This document shows positions 1 to 12,100 of a DNA stretch of 64,000 nucleotides, in pieces. The stretch is from Macrostomum lignano (Eukaryota), in the NCBI GenBank assembly GCA_002269645.1, contig NIVC01000006.1, positions 682,001-746,000 on the forward strand, written 5' to 3'. The translations under genes were made by a program, and so were the position numbers. Each line of letters begins with the position of its first letter. Within the stretch, counting starts at the first letter, position 1. Under the pieces are notes generated by a model. It had not been told where the DNA came from, did no database searches, and saw nothing but the letters and a program-made list of their open reading frames with translations.

Positions 1-3000
1 GTATTAGGATGGCTCTTCCGCGACGTGCACTTTGCATCGGATAGTACGGAGAAGAATCTGGATCGTCTGGACCACCACCATCATCGCCACCACCGCCACC
101 ACCTCCACCACCACCACCGCCATCATCGCCACCACCACCACCGCCACCATCGCCACCACCACCACCGCCATCTCCGCCGTGGCCGTTGCCTCTGTCGCTT
201 GGCTCCTCCACAGGAGAGTTGGATGGATCGCCGCTCTCTTCAGGTTGGTAGCCGCAGCCAGTTTCGCTATCAATACTTAATCCACTTTCGCTTCCTTCGC
301 TTGTTGGAGCGCGCTGTAATCTAAAATTATAATATTTTTTATTGTCTGTGTTTGAATACTAATCCAAAGTAACTACAAGATCAAGATGCAATAGCAAATA
401 ACTTACATCAAGCGTGAACAGTTGAGGTGACCCGAAAACTTCGCCCATTGATAAGCGTTCATATTCCTCTCTCCGGTCAGGCGCCAATAGTTCGCGTCTT
501 TCATCAACTCTCCGAATATTTCAATGACCTCGATGTGGCCGCAGCGAGCAGCCCAGATCAGAGGTGTGTTGCCGAAGCAATCTTTCAGCCATAAATTTGC
601 TCCGAAGTCACACAACATTTTGAAAGTTCCTGCGTGTCCCTTTTTCGCTGCGTGGACGGCAGCTGAGTATTTAAAAACGTCCTGAAAAACAATTGCATTT
701 TCTTAGGGTTTCATTCATACCAAAAAGGTTTAAATTTTTAACCTCACCTGGCAATCTATATCAGCTTGCATTTTGATGAGCTGCTCCAAAACAGATTTCT
801 GGTCATTTATGGCCGCCAGAATCAGCGGGGTTTGTCGAAGATTATCTTCTCTATTTACTTCTGTCGTCATAGTGCTAGCGTTGTTTGTCAATATTTTCTC
901 AAACGCTATCAGGACTTCTTTGTGGCCTTTGAGGGCGGCCCAGGAAATGGCTGTCCGACCCATTACATCCTGGACACTGACCAGGGATGTGTCAGAATTT
1001 CTATTGAGCAGCGATAGTACCAGGTCATGTTTGCCTCTGGCGGATGCGATTGTTAGCAGAGTCTGATTCAAAGTCCCAAACTTGTGGGCTGTATTCTCCT
1101 GAGATCTGCACAGGGCTGCAAGCTGCGCGTCCGACCACTTATCCGGGGACGCAGAGCTGAATATCCTAATTTGTGATGCGATAGATGGATGTAATGGATG
1201 TGATACGAGTATCTTTCACTTTTGATAGCCCCAGATGTATAGCATTTTATTTGTCTATCTAATAAAATAACAATTAAAACATCAAATGGAATTTTATTAT
1301 CAATGGTTGCTAATAAAGTTTGTACTTAAGAGATTAAAGCAGTGGTATCTGCGGATGTCTAAAACCAAGAAACATGGCTAACAGTGACAATAACTTACTG
1401 CACATCGTCAGATGCAGCGCTATTCAAGAAGAATTTCTTGGTCAGACTGGTGACTGCAGAAGCTTCAGTACCGAATTTTTCGGATCCACCTTTCATCTCG
1501 GGTATGCCCAGCCGCCTGTTCACCTCTGCCACCACGTTCACAATGTGCTCTTTGCTGAATATTTCCTCTTGAACGACGGAGCATAGAACCTCAGCAAGCG
1601 ATCCATTCTCTCCTAGTGAGCCACCGCGGCAGAGAAGAAAGTCTTTCTCAGGAAGTTTAAACGACGTCTCTTCCAGCGGGCAGGCGTTCAGGGTTTCAGG
1701 CTGCTGCTCAGTCTGAACAAAGAAGATCTTCGGTTTGCCCTTTAGAAAGGAGCACTGGTTGACTCGGAACCTGGCCACGATGTCTCTTACTTCGACCTCT
1801 TCACCGTCGCTAGCGAAGAAGCTGGCACCGGTCCCGTGTCCGATGATGAAGCACACGAAGCTGCCCATGTCGGGGAGATCGGACCTGACTATTTTGTTGA
1901 CCGCTGCAAAGATGTCAGCGCTAGTAGGCTTACTTGTGCATTGTTGGATTGTAAAACCAAGGTTTTCGAAGGTGTCGGTAATTATTTTAACTTCCTTCTG
2001 TTGGTTGTGGCTTGAGCTGCGATTGTAGGTCTCGACACTTATTACCAAGCACAGGCCTTTTGCCGTAATGATCTCTGCGTATATGTCGCTTTCCGGCTTG
2101 TTTGAAGTTGAACTGAATGAAAAGGTGCCAAATAGATTTCCATATATTTTCGCCACAATGATTCGAAAGATTCAAATTTTAGCAAAGATTTGTGTGAAGC
2201 TGACTTACGCGACAACTTGCTCTTTGCCAATCCTAACATGCGAATGAGCCCCATCAAACTGTAGCTCATGTTCCTCTTGGCCTTCCGTTTCAAACGCAGG
2301 AACCTTGCACGTCAGTCCTCCTTGTTCTGGTTTAGAAAAAATGTTTAAGTTAGTACTAGATGTACGTCACCTGGTGCCAGTGGCCAAAATATCCGGTCAA
2401 TTCGATATTCAAGCCTAGCCTTGTACGAAAAGCATGCATGTAGTTGCTTTACCTTTATTATAGATGAGAGGGTGCTTCATCAACTCAATAGCCAGCGTCC
2501 GGTCACGAGCTTGTTTTTTAGTGCATTTGTCATAGAAATCTTTCAGATTAGCCGAGCAACTTTCCGGAAGCACTGGAGCCCCCTGCCGTTCCACCCGGCG
2601 AACAATGGCCAGCATGTTCTTGCACTCCCAGTAGGGCCGTTTGGCGATCACCATCTGGTAGATCACGCAGCCGAACGCCCACACATCGGAGGCGCAGCTA
2701 TAGGGAGGGTCCTCGGTCTCAGAAGACAGGAACATCTCAGGCGCCATGAAGTGCGGGTCGCCTCTCTCCCCAGTGGACGGATGCTCCGTTACTGTTTGGA
2801 GAATCTGGATGGCCAGACCGAAATTGACGATCACAATTCGATCGCCCGGACAAACGAGCACCGTCTTGCAGTTGATGTTGCGGTGAATCACCGGATCGTT
2901 GAGACCGTGCAAATATGAAAGGGCGTCGCATATCTGAAATCAGTCGGTGATTCAGGATTTTAATATCGTAGTTTAAATAAGAATGGTGTAAGAAAGCAGC

Positions 3001-3556
3001 CGAACACGTTTTTAAAACCATTGCCAATTTTTACTGTCGTTTAAAAAAGTGGTCATGGACTTCTTAGTAAAGTCGTGTATTTTTTTATTAGCTCATTAGC
3101 TCGTAGAAGTCATTAAGACCCTTCGAGTACCCTTCAAGCCCTGGCTGGGTTCATGGCATAACAAACTTTCGATAATGTACAATTTTACAATTATTTATTA
3201 CGCACCTGTCTTGTAAGATTACAAATGCTCTTCTCAGGCAAGCCTTGTTGGGCGGTGATATGTCGTTCCAGAGTTACCGGTCCCGAAAGCAAGCTCATCT
3301 GTACGGTCACGCACATCTGCTCCTTGTCCACCATGATGCGCTTGAATTTGACCACGTTTTTGTGATCCAATGCGCACAGTTTCTTAGCCTCTTTGTCGCA
3401 AGCCTTAGTCAGAGTTTCTAGCTTATCATGAGCTCCAGCTTCGACAAGATGCCATGGCAAGCGGATTTGTTTTACAGCCTGCAGTTGCTCTGCCTCGCCC
3501 ACCGCTTCGGCGTAAGTTTCGCCTCGATCGCCTCTCGATAGAAGCTCCCGGACCAT
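1..3556 (-). CDS. Multidomain pseudokinase - pseudo-caspase - ankyrin repeats - Gly linker - caspase-like protein (paralog L; 3' end runs off the window)
   Basis: Hand-spliced exons on minus strand: 3556-3206, 2933-2453, 2326-2209, 2112-1399, 1156-748, 681-407, 320-<1. All introns are GT-AG and all junctions are in frame (phases 0,1,2,2,0,2), giving 889 codons in the window. Kinase motifs QAVK, HRNINCKT, NFG, FMAPE, DVWAFG. Caspase motifs KGLCLVI, FVCFIIGHG, LKGKPKIFFVQ. Ankyrin motifs GRTAISWAA, QTPLILAA, GNTPLIWAARCGH. Last exon reads ...GGGGDDGGGPDDPDSSPYYPMQSARRGRAILI, which is the typical caspase p20 N-terminus. Confidence 0.88.
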
Positions 3557-4780
3557 TGCTTGGCTTAGGGGAGAGTTTCAAAACAGTGTTTTACAGCTTC
3601 ATGTGAGCTTCAAATTTACCTGCAATTTTTTGCTAGTGCAGTTAATGTTTAACTGCAGTGTTTCTGCTTAGCCGTAAGAAAGTGGCAAGGCTTTTTAAAA
3701 GCTGTCTAGCTATAGTGTCATTGGTAGCAAGCTTACTCTGCCAAATAGAGGCTTGTTTCTCTTGCCATTATAATACCTTATCTGTCTTTTCTCTTTTCTA
3801 CCCCTATTTTTGTATGAAGAATTAAGTACAGTCTAGACAAGTACTTGCGTTGTAGGGTATAGACTGGGAGAGAAGTAATCTGGGGGAGGGTTAATGTACA
3901 TTAAGTACAGCACATTGCTGTCAGGCAGCATTCTGGAGAGTTTTACACACTGCTTTGCATATCAAATTGAAAAGAAAAGAAAAATAGTACAGCAAGAGTT
4001 GCATTTCATACCCATTTGTGCAGACGTTGTCTCTTGGCTCTCATGCCATTCCATAGCCAGCAATTCTTATCTATAGAACTTGCTCTCGTAGCATGGAGGC
4101 TTAAAACCAACTGGTTTGTAGTTAGAAATTTGGTACCTTATTCTACTGTACAGCGCTTTCCGCCTAGCTAGCTAGTGCAGCCAGTCCCTATCTGTCCTAT
4201 TTTAGAAAGAAACAGTCATTTGGTATATGAATAATAGCTAATTTCTCACTTAGTAGCTATATGTGAATTCGCTATTGGTAATTTCAACTAGCGGCCGTTG
4301 CTCACAGAAGCTTGTTGCAAACTTTTTTTGCCTGTAAAAAACTGTTGAAACATAACAACTAGTGAGAATTAAACAATCGCGAGTGCGACTGTTTGTGGCT
4401 TAAATACAAGGTAAGAAGCTTCACGACAAGTGCTTATTAGCTAATCGTACCAGCTTTTGTAGGTCCAAGCGACATGTAGCCCCTGTCAGTGACTCCGGGA
4501 GGCGTGGCGGGCCACATCATCCACGCCGAGTCACACTGCCCACAGGCGGAGTAGGAGGTGCTGCTGCTAGCGCTGCAAACGGGGAGGACAGACATGGGCT
4601 CGGCGCTTGTTAAACTGCCTTCTGGCTGACGACCGCGCACGCTCAAGCCTTCACACACGCTCTGTGGCGTGACGCTGCATTATACTGTTTTATTATCGTG
4701 TATGCATATAGGCTATCTGGGGTTAAATAATTATCCTATCTGTTGCTTTGTCCGAAGATATTTACGTTGACAAAAGACCG

Positions 4781-6144
4781 CAATGAGGCGGAAGGCCTTT
4801 TATTTTCAATAGATGTGCGGTGCGCACATGTGGCGTGGCGTGATTGGCTACGCCAACCCCCCTGGCTTAGCCAGCCGGCTAGCGCGGTACGCCACCACCC
4901 CACCTCAGCTAGACAGAGGTTGGCGGGGGGGGGGGTTTCCAGTGCGGCTGCACTGGTGCTGCCGGTCGCGTAGTCTGGCCGCCACACAGCTCCCCCCAAC
5001 ACCGAGCTAGGCCCCGAATGTCAGGTGATAGCCGTGCCGAGGAGCGGGCGCCGAAAGCATCGGAGGCAGAGGCGCCGAAGGCTGCGGAGCTGCAGAGGAG
5101 CGGGCGCAGAAATCAGCCGGGCCCCGAAGGCGGCAGGAGTGCGAGATGAGCGCAGAAGGCTGCCAGGGCACGAGGCGGGCGCCGAAGGTGGCAGAGGCGC
5201 GAGGCGGGCGCCGAAGGCGGCAGGGGCGCGAGGCGGGCGCCGAAGGTGGCAGAGGCGCGAGGCGGGCGCCGAAAACGGCAGGGGCGCGAGGCAGGCGCCG
5301 AAGGCGGCAGGGCGCCGAGCGGGCGCCGATGGCAGCAGGGCGCCGAGCGGGCACCAGGCGGGCGCCGAAAGCAGCAGGGGTGCCAGGCGGGCGCCGATGG
5401 CAGCAGGGGTGCCAGGCGGGCGCCGATGGCAGCAGGGGCGTCAGGCGGACGCCGATGGCAGCAGGGGCGTCGGCGGGCGCCGAAGTCGGCAGCGCGCCAG
5501 GAGGGCGCCAAAGGCAGCAGCAGGGGCGCGCGGCCGGACCAGACCAGAGGCAATCGACAGTCAGTTGCCGCCGTGAGCCGGGTCGATGCTCCTGCACAGA
5601 GGCTGGGGACGTTAGGCTAGCAGCAGCGGTGCTAACCTAGAGTTTGCTGCAGCGTGTGGCGCTGGTTGGTCCAACGCGGGGGCCGAAAAGCGAGACCCCA
5701 GGAGCTACCGGGGGGCGGGCTGACTGGGCCGATTCGTGCGGGGTACTGCTGTGGCTGCGGGGCTGCTGTGCTGCCGTTGCAGTCGGCCAAGGCAGTTGGC
5801 TGCCAGGACCGCACAGGGCCGACCAGGTAGGCCCAGCGTTCCGCGCTGGGAGTCGGGCTCACCAATGAGGCGGAAGGCCTTTTATTTTCAATAGATGTTG
5901 TGGCAGCGAAGATTGTGCACTGCGTTGCGCGTATATATTTATATGATTGAAAACAGCGCGAGATTATTGAGGGGCCTAGGGAGGTGCGCACATGTGGCGT
6001 GGCGTGATTGGCTACGCCAACCCCCCCCCCCCTGGCTTAGCCAGCCGGCTAGCGCGGTGCGCCACCACCCCACCTCAGCTAGACAGAGGTTGGCGGGGGG
6101 GGTTTCCAGTGCGGCTGCACTGGTGCTGCCGGTCGCGTAGTCTG
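4781..6144 (+). mobile_element. Element bounded by ~197-bp direct repeats (4781-4977 and 5863-6144, the second with an ~85-bp insertion) around a GC-rich core; type unresolved
   Basis: CAATGAGGCGGAAGGCCTTTTATTTTCAATAGATGT...GGTCGCGTAGTCTG occurs twice almost identically. No clear TG..CA ends, TSD or coding capacity seen. Confidence 0.5.
5040..5525. repeat. GC-rich ~29-bp minisatellite (GAGGCGGGCGCCGAAGGCGGCAGGGGCGC-like)
   Basis: Repeated AGGCGGGCGCCGA core visible; explains the low-complexity ORFs in several frames on both strands. Confidence 0.85.
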
Positions 6145-6178
6145 CCCCCCACAGCAACCTATTTTCCTTCACTTCAGC

Positions 6179-9100
6179 ATGGTCAAAAACTACTCAATCG
6201 GGGAACAGATCGGTCGAGGCGAGTATGCTAGTGTCCATGCCGTCACCATCAAGGACCGGAGCCCAACAGCCACTTGTGTAAAGCTGATCAAACTGCCAAC
6301 GAACTCTGAGCAAGTCTTAGACAAAAAAGAGCTCACTGAATTGGTAGAAAAACACAAGCCACTCAGAGAACTGAAACACCGGAACTTGATTCAAATTGAA
6401 GACCTTCATGTCATTCAACAAGACTACTCTATCGCAGTGTTCATGGAGCGGTTTCAAGGAAAAACATTGGAATATTTACTGAAAACAAAGGGTGCCATCA
6501 CCCAAGAAGATAAGATTCGGCACTACTCCAAGCAGGTGAGCACTGCATGGATTTCTATGACGTGTTAATTCACAAGCCCCATAACCAAACAGTCTCTGAC
6601 TTATTTCTAATTAATTAGTTGGTTTTTTATTTAATTAAGCACAATTCTCAACTTCTCTGCAGATCTGTGAAGCTTTGAAGTATCTTCACCACGACTTAAA
6701 GGACCCCGTCATTCACAGAAACATCTGCAGTAAAACAGTTATGATAGACGACAACGATTTAGTTAAGTTAATTGACTTTGGCATCTCCATTCAGCTGATT
6801 GATGCGGTGAGCCATCAGGTGACGCAGTGTCCGAGAGGCCATCCGAACTACATGGCTCCAGAGTTGTTCTTGGAGGAATCCCGCTCTGAAGTCCAGAGCC
6901 TCTACAGTCGGGGCTCAGACATCTGGGCTTTCGGTTGCGTTGTGTACGAGATGACCACTGGTGCGAAGCCGCTTGGAGATTGCAGAAACATGCTGGCCAT
7001 AGTTAACAAAATCAAATATCACGGAGCTCCAAACCTACCGGAGGCGAGCTCTGAGCAGCTGAGAGACTTCTATAAAGGCTGCATGAGAATGAATAGGAAA
7101 GAGAGAATGTCGGCAGCAGATCTGCTACGACACGAGTTTCTCAGTCCTGGTATGCAATTTTATGGTTTTTTGAGCTACATGTATATTTTTCACTGTTATT
7201 TTGGCTAGTTGTTAACTGATATAAGCTCTCTTTTAGTATATGACAAACACTGGGACAATGTCCGTCTGCTGAGCAGAGGAGGCTTCGCAGAAATTCACGA
7301 GGCTCTCACGGACAAGGGTATCCGTTGCGCCGTAAAAACTCTGAAGCTGCCCCTTCAACTCGGTGATCAACGGGACAAAGTGCAGAGAGAAACCGATCGA
7401 GCTATTGAAAGCGAGATGAACCTGTGCAGATTACGGCATGACAACATCGTAAAGATCTTTGACATTTTGCAGCCAGAAATTGCCACGGTTGTTGTGTTCA
7501 TGGAGCTGCTGGATGGCAAAACTTTGGAATTGGTGATAGATGGAAAACCACTGGATGAGGGAATGATTCGTCTTTTCGCTTCACAAGTAAGCATGAATAC
7601 TGAGTTGAATTATCAGGTTTGCTCATTATCCTGATCGCATTACTTTCGTTTACTCATATTTCAGATCTGCAGCGCACTTAGCTACATGCACAATCAGCCA
7701 GAAAAATCAGCCGTGATTCACAGAGACCTCAACTGCTCAAATATCGTGATTCTAGATGATAACAAGGTCAAGTTGATTGATTTTGGCTTATCGCACAGGC
7801 TAGGAACGTCGATTAGTCACAGCACCGCCTCGTCAGTGAAGGGCACGCTGAACTTCATGGCGCCGGAGCTACTGGGTGACGACGAAAAAATTGTGTACAG
7901 CACAGCATCAGATGTCTGGGCATTCGGTTGCGCCGTCTACCAGATGGCCACTGGAGAGCGGCCGTTCGAGAAAATTAAAAACCTAAATCGTCTTATTCAC
8001 ACTCTGAAAGAGCAAGGCGCCCAATTATTGCCAGATTCTTGTTCGAGTCTGCTGAAAGATTTCTATGCCAGTTGCGTTATGCGCCAGCGCTTGGAGAGGG
8101 CGTCCGCTATAACGTTGATGAAGCACGAGTTTCTGACTTTCAAGTAAGTCTGCTTGCATTTTGTCTATTAAAGTTCATATTTTTGTATCAACGATGGCTC
8201 TGTATTTTTGTACTTTTAGTCGAGCATATTGTTTCTTTTAATTCCTTTAATTAGAGCCTCGGAGTACGAGGATGAAGACCGATACGAATCCAGTGCTAGC
8301 CAGAAAGGAATGTGCGCAATCATTGACATGCTCCCATCTGGCTCGGACTCAAAACTCTCTGCTAAAATCAGCAAAAGTTTTGAAAAGTTCGATTTCATCG
8401 TCAAGTCGCTACCAGACGCAACCTGTCAAACCGCTTGGAGCTTCATCGGGGACATCGCAAACAGTCAAGAGCTTGCAGACTCGAAATGCTTTGTTTGTTT
8501 TGTTATAGCTTCCGGTTCGAACGGACATCTGTACTCAGCTGACAATGATGAGAGCATTGAAATCAGAGATCTGCTTGCCAGGTTTCGCTCTAGCCAGTGT
8601 CCCAGCCTGAAGGACAAGCCGAAGCTTTTCTTCATTCAGGCCGCGCAACCGGCCAGTGCAGCCGCCGGCTTGGACGAATCCACGACGCGAATTCGAGACG
8701 ATGACTTTCTGGTTTGCATCAACGATGCCGACCTGGATTCATCGTTTGTCGGGACATTGTGCACCGTTTTAGAAGAGGACAAATTTAGCGACTTAGACAT
8801 TGAAGGAGTTGTGGATGAGGTGAACAATCGCCTAAAACTGGAACCGTTGGTTAAAGCGAAAAACCGGGCTCTTAAATCCATGTCGGAAGCAGTTTCCACT
8901 TTGACGAAGAAATTTTACCTGAAGCCGGAACCGGTGAAACCGGATCCCAGGTGAGCTTTTTCGTTGTTTTAGAGGCTTATTGAGAAGAATGCACAAAAAT
9001 TAGCTAAATCAGCAACACTAATTGCTGGTATTCGAGGAGCACTTCATCCTGCAGACAAACAAGTTTCCAGTACCACCACCGAACTAACCTACTTATTAAC

Positions 9101-12100
9101 CTACTATTATTAACCTATTCGTCCTACTTTAACCTAATAAAGTAGGTTAGGTTAAGTTAAAGTAGGTTAGGTTAAAGTAGGTTAAAGTAGATTAGGTTAA
9201 AGTAGGTTAAAGTAGGTTAGGTTAAAGTAGGTTTATATTTTAAATATCATATTTAAAATGATCATATTTTAAATTATATATTAAACGATCATATTTTAAA
9301 TGATCGATACTCAATGAAACGATTGGGCCCGATGATGCCATCTTTGATCACTTCCACCACAAGAGCTTTATTTAAAACAGTTGTTTAGTGAATAGGAGGG
9401 ATTTCTTATTCTTCCCATTGATTCATACTGTTTAGCATAGAAAGATAACGAATATTTCAGAGCGGAGTCGCCAGAAAAGTGGGACGATGAACAATTGAAG
9501 AGGCTAATAGAGGAGGAGGCAAGTCAATGCGCGAACCCGGACTTCACCAGCCAAAAGTACGGCCCGTTAGGACAGACGCTGCTGTCGATCGCAGCAGACA
9601 AGGATAGCAGCGAGTTAGTCAAGCTTGCGCTCCAGACGGCGGCCACTTTTCCATCCATTCACTCAGATCTCGACGTGATGGGCAGGACGGCCCTTTCCTG
9701 CGCCGCAGCCAAAGGATCAGACGCGGTTCTGGCCGCTTTCGAGCAGGCATTCATCGATGCGGCCGATGTTCAGAAATCAGTGGTCAACGAAGCCAACTAT
9801 ATGCGCCAGACTCCTATCATTGTGGCAGCCAAGCAAAACAGGACGAATGTTCTCGAGAAGTTGGTCCGGATGGGAGCAGATATCAATCAGAAGGTGAGGC
9901 TGTGTTGATACTCACTAGTTTTACTCAACTATCAATCACAAAAATGTCCTATCAACTCTGAATCACAAAAACAGACAGAGACAGAAAGAAACAATCATGA
10001 TAGAAACCAAAGGCTGATTCAGTTCAAGAAGCAACTTTATCGCCTTTATCAAAGAGCTCAGGAACTTATACAGCGCAGACACATCCGCCCGGCCTCTGCA
10101 CGACCAAGCATGATGTTCTCTTTTACTGCCTCGATGACGGCCTTCTTAAAGCCATTGAAATGAAACAAATATGTTTGCGTTTTGCGATTGCCTACCTGCT
10201 TTCACGTTGGGTTTTTAGGAATTTTGAGACGCTTTAGTCCCGGTTCCGTCAGCAAGCTCTACTGCAGCATGGCCGGTTCCAAGGACCAGGCTGCCAAAAT
10301 TTAATTTTCAAAACAGTCGATTCTCTTTCGAAGTGTAGAACCCTTTTGCACTTTTTTCCGTATTTCAAGCACCTGGCAGGCAATTCGAATTCTTCCGATC
10401 AACTTGCTGGCTTCATGCTGCTCACATAATCCTTATCCAGATGCATCTTGCGGCAAAACGTTTGAAGGGTTTTAACTCTGGGTCTATAGTCGTCTGATCT
10501 GTATGACCTTTAGCATTTGTAAACATTCGATATTTGGCTACAAGTGGCCACTGGCCAGTTAGTGTTTATGACGTATGGCGTCTCTACGCTCGTACATTTC
10601 ATTATATTTGATTTCGTAAAAATTCTGCACATGCAGCTTATATATATGAATTTGCATTTCAGGATATTGTAGAAGCCACCGCATTAATCTACGCGGCTAA
10701 ATTCGGATTTGTTGACGCGGTGCGCAAGCTGCTGGAACTCGGCGCCGATGCAGCTCTCGCAGACCGTTCGGATCAAACACCGCTAATTTGGGCAGCTCGC
10801 TGTGGCCACACCGATGTTATCAACGCTCTATCTGAAAAGTTCAATAGTCTGGAGCCCTGGAACCACCGGAGCACGCGGTTGCGCAACTTAACCGCGCTTG
10901 AATGGGCTAAGCTCTGCGGCCATGATGCCACTGCGGACAGGATTCAGCAGCTGTAAGTAATTGGCGACGTAATTTTTGTTCCAATGGCTGAATGCTCTGT
11001 AGAAATCTGCACCTCCTGCTTTAATGGGCGTAGGAAATCGGCCGTCACGAGGGTCCTCCGTTTCCACCAGACCATTTAAAATTTTTCCGTGAATATCCTC
11101 TAAGCTACTTTAAACTTTTTCCTGTCTTGAACCCTCACAATGACACCCAGGAGCCATCCATGATCCTGTTAAGCCATTAAGAAGTTTTTAATTATTTAAA
11201 TATTTTAAATGATCGATGCAAACTATTTCAGAATTCAACAGATAACCGGAGCGACACAGGAGGCGGACGCCACTACCGACCCACAATCAAGGGGTGGCGG
11301 TGGCGGTGATGACGGTGCCAGTAGTGAAGCGACAGGAACTTCCGCCGGAAGTAGCCACGGAAGCGGAGGAAGCGGCGGCGGAGCCGTTGGTGGAGGAGGT
11401 GGTGCTGATGAAGTTGGTGGAAGGGGTGCCGGTGGCGGAGGTGCCGGTGGCGGAGGTGGTGGTGGCGGAGGTGGTGGTGGCGGAGGTGGCGGTGGCGGAG
11501 GTGGTGGTGGCTGGCCTATTTACCATATGAACAACCCAGTCAGAGGCCTAGCAATAGTTATCAGTCGGAACACGATTCCACCAAATGCAGGTTTTCAGAA
11601 CATACATTGGATGCCGGATCAGCAGACTCAATCTTTTGTCGGTTGTTTAAGCGACCTACGCTTCGATTTCTTAGTGCTACCAAATATTCCGAGAAACCTT
11701 TATTATAATCTCCGAACCACGGTACTCAATTGGCCGACGTATGCCACCTCTGATTCTCTTCTCCTCTGCCTGATGTCTTATGGCGAACACGGCCGAGTGT
11801 ATGACTGCAATGGAGAGCGTGTTGAGCTGGAAACAATGTTTCGACAGTTCAGAGAGTGTCCACTGCTCTCTGGTAAGCCGAAAATATTCATGGTCGATGC
11901 TGGTCGTGACATTCCTCATGAGAGACTGGTGTTGGAGCAGGCAATTCAGGAGAACGCGGGCCAGCACCAGGACTGTAATTACATTTACAGTGTTGTAAAA
12001 GGAAACGCCTGCTACCAAGAGGTAGAGAACGGCTTTTGCTTCATGCAGTCCATGGTGAATTTACTGCGCTGGCCAAGTTTCGATTCAGCCACGGAAGATT

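Noticed and set aside
4-324. His-rich, Thr-rich and Val-rich ORFs in the track
   Set aside because: Alternative frames of the Gly-codon tract; the real frame is the minus-strand Gly/caspase exon, which lacks its own start codon.
5007-5640. Pro/Ala/Arg-rich ORFs in many frames
   Set aside because: GC-rich minisatellite lacking stops; no domain signal.
9085-9240. Interstitial telomeric repeat
   Set aside because: Too degenerate; mostly AGGTTAAAGT rather than pure TTAGG or TTAGGG.
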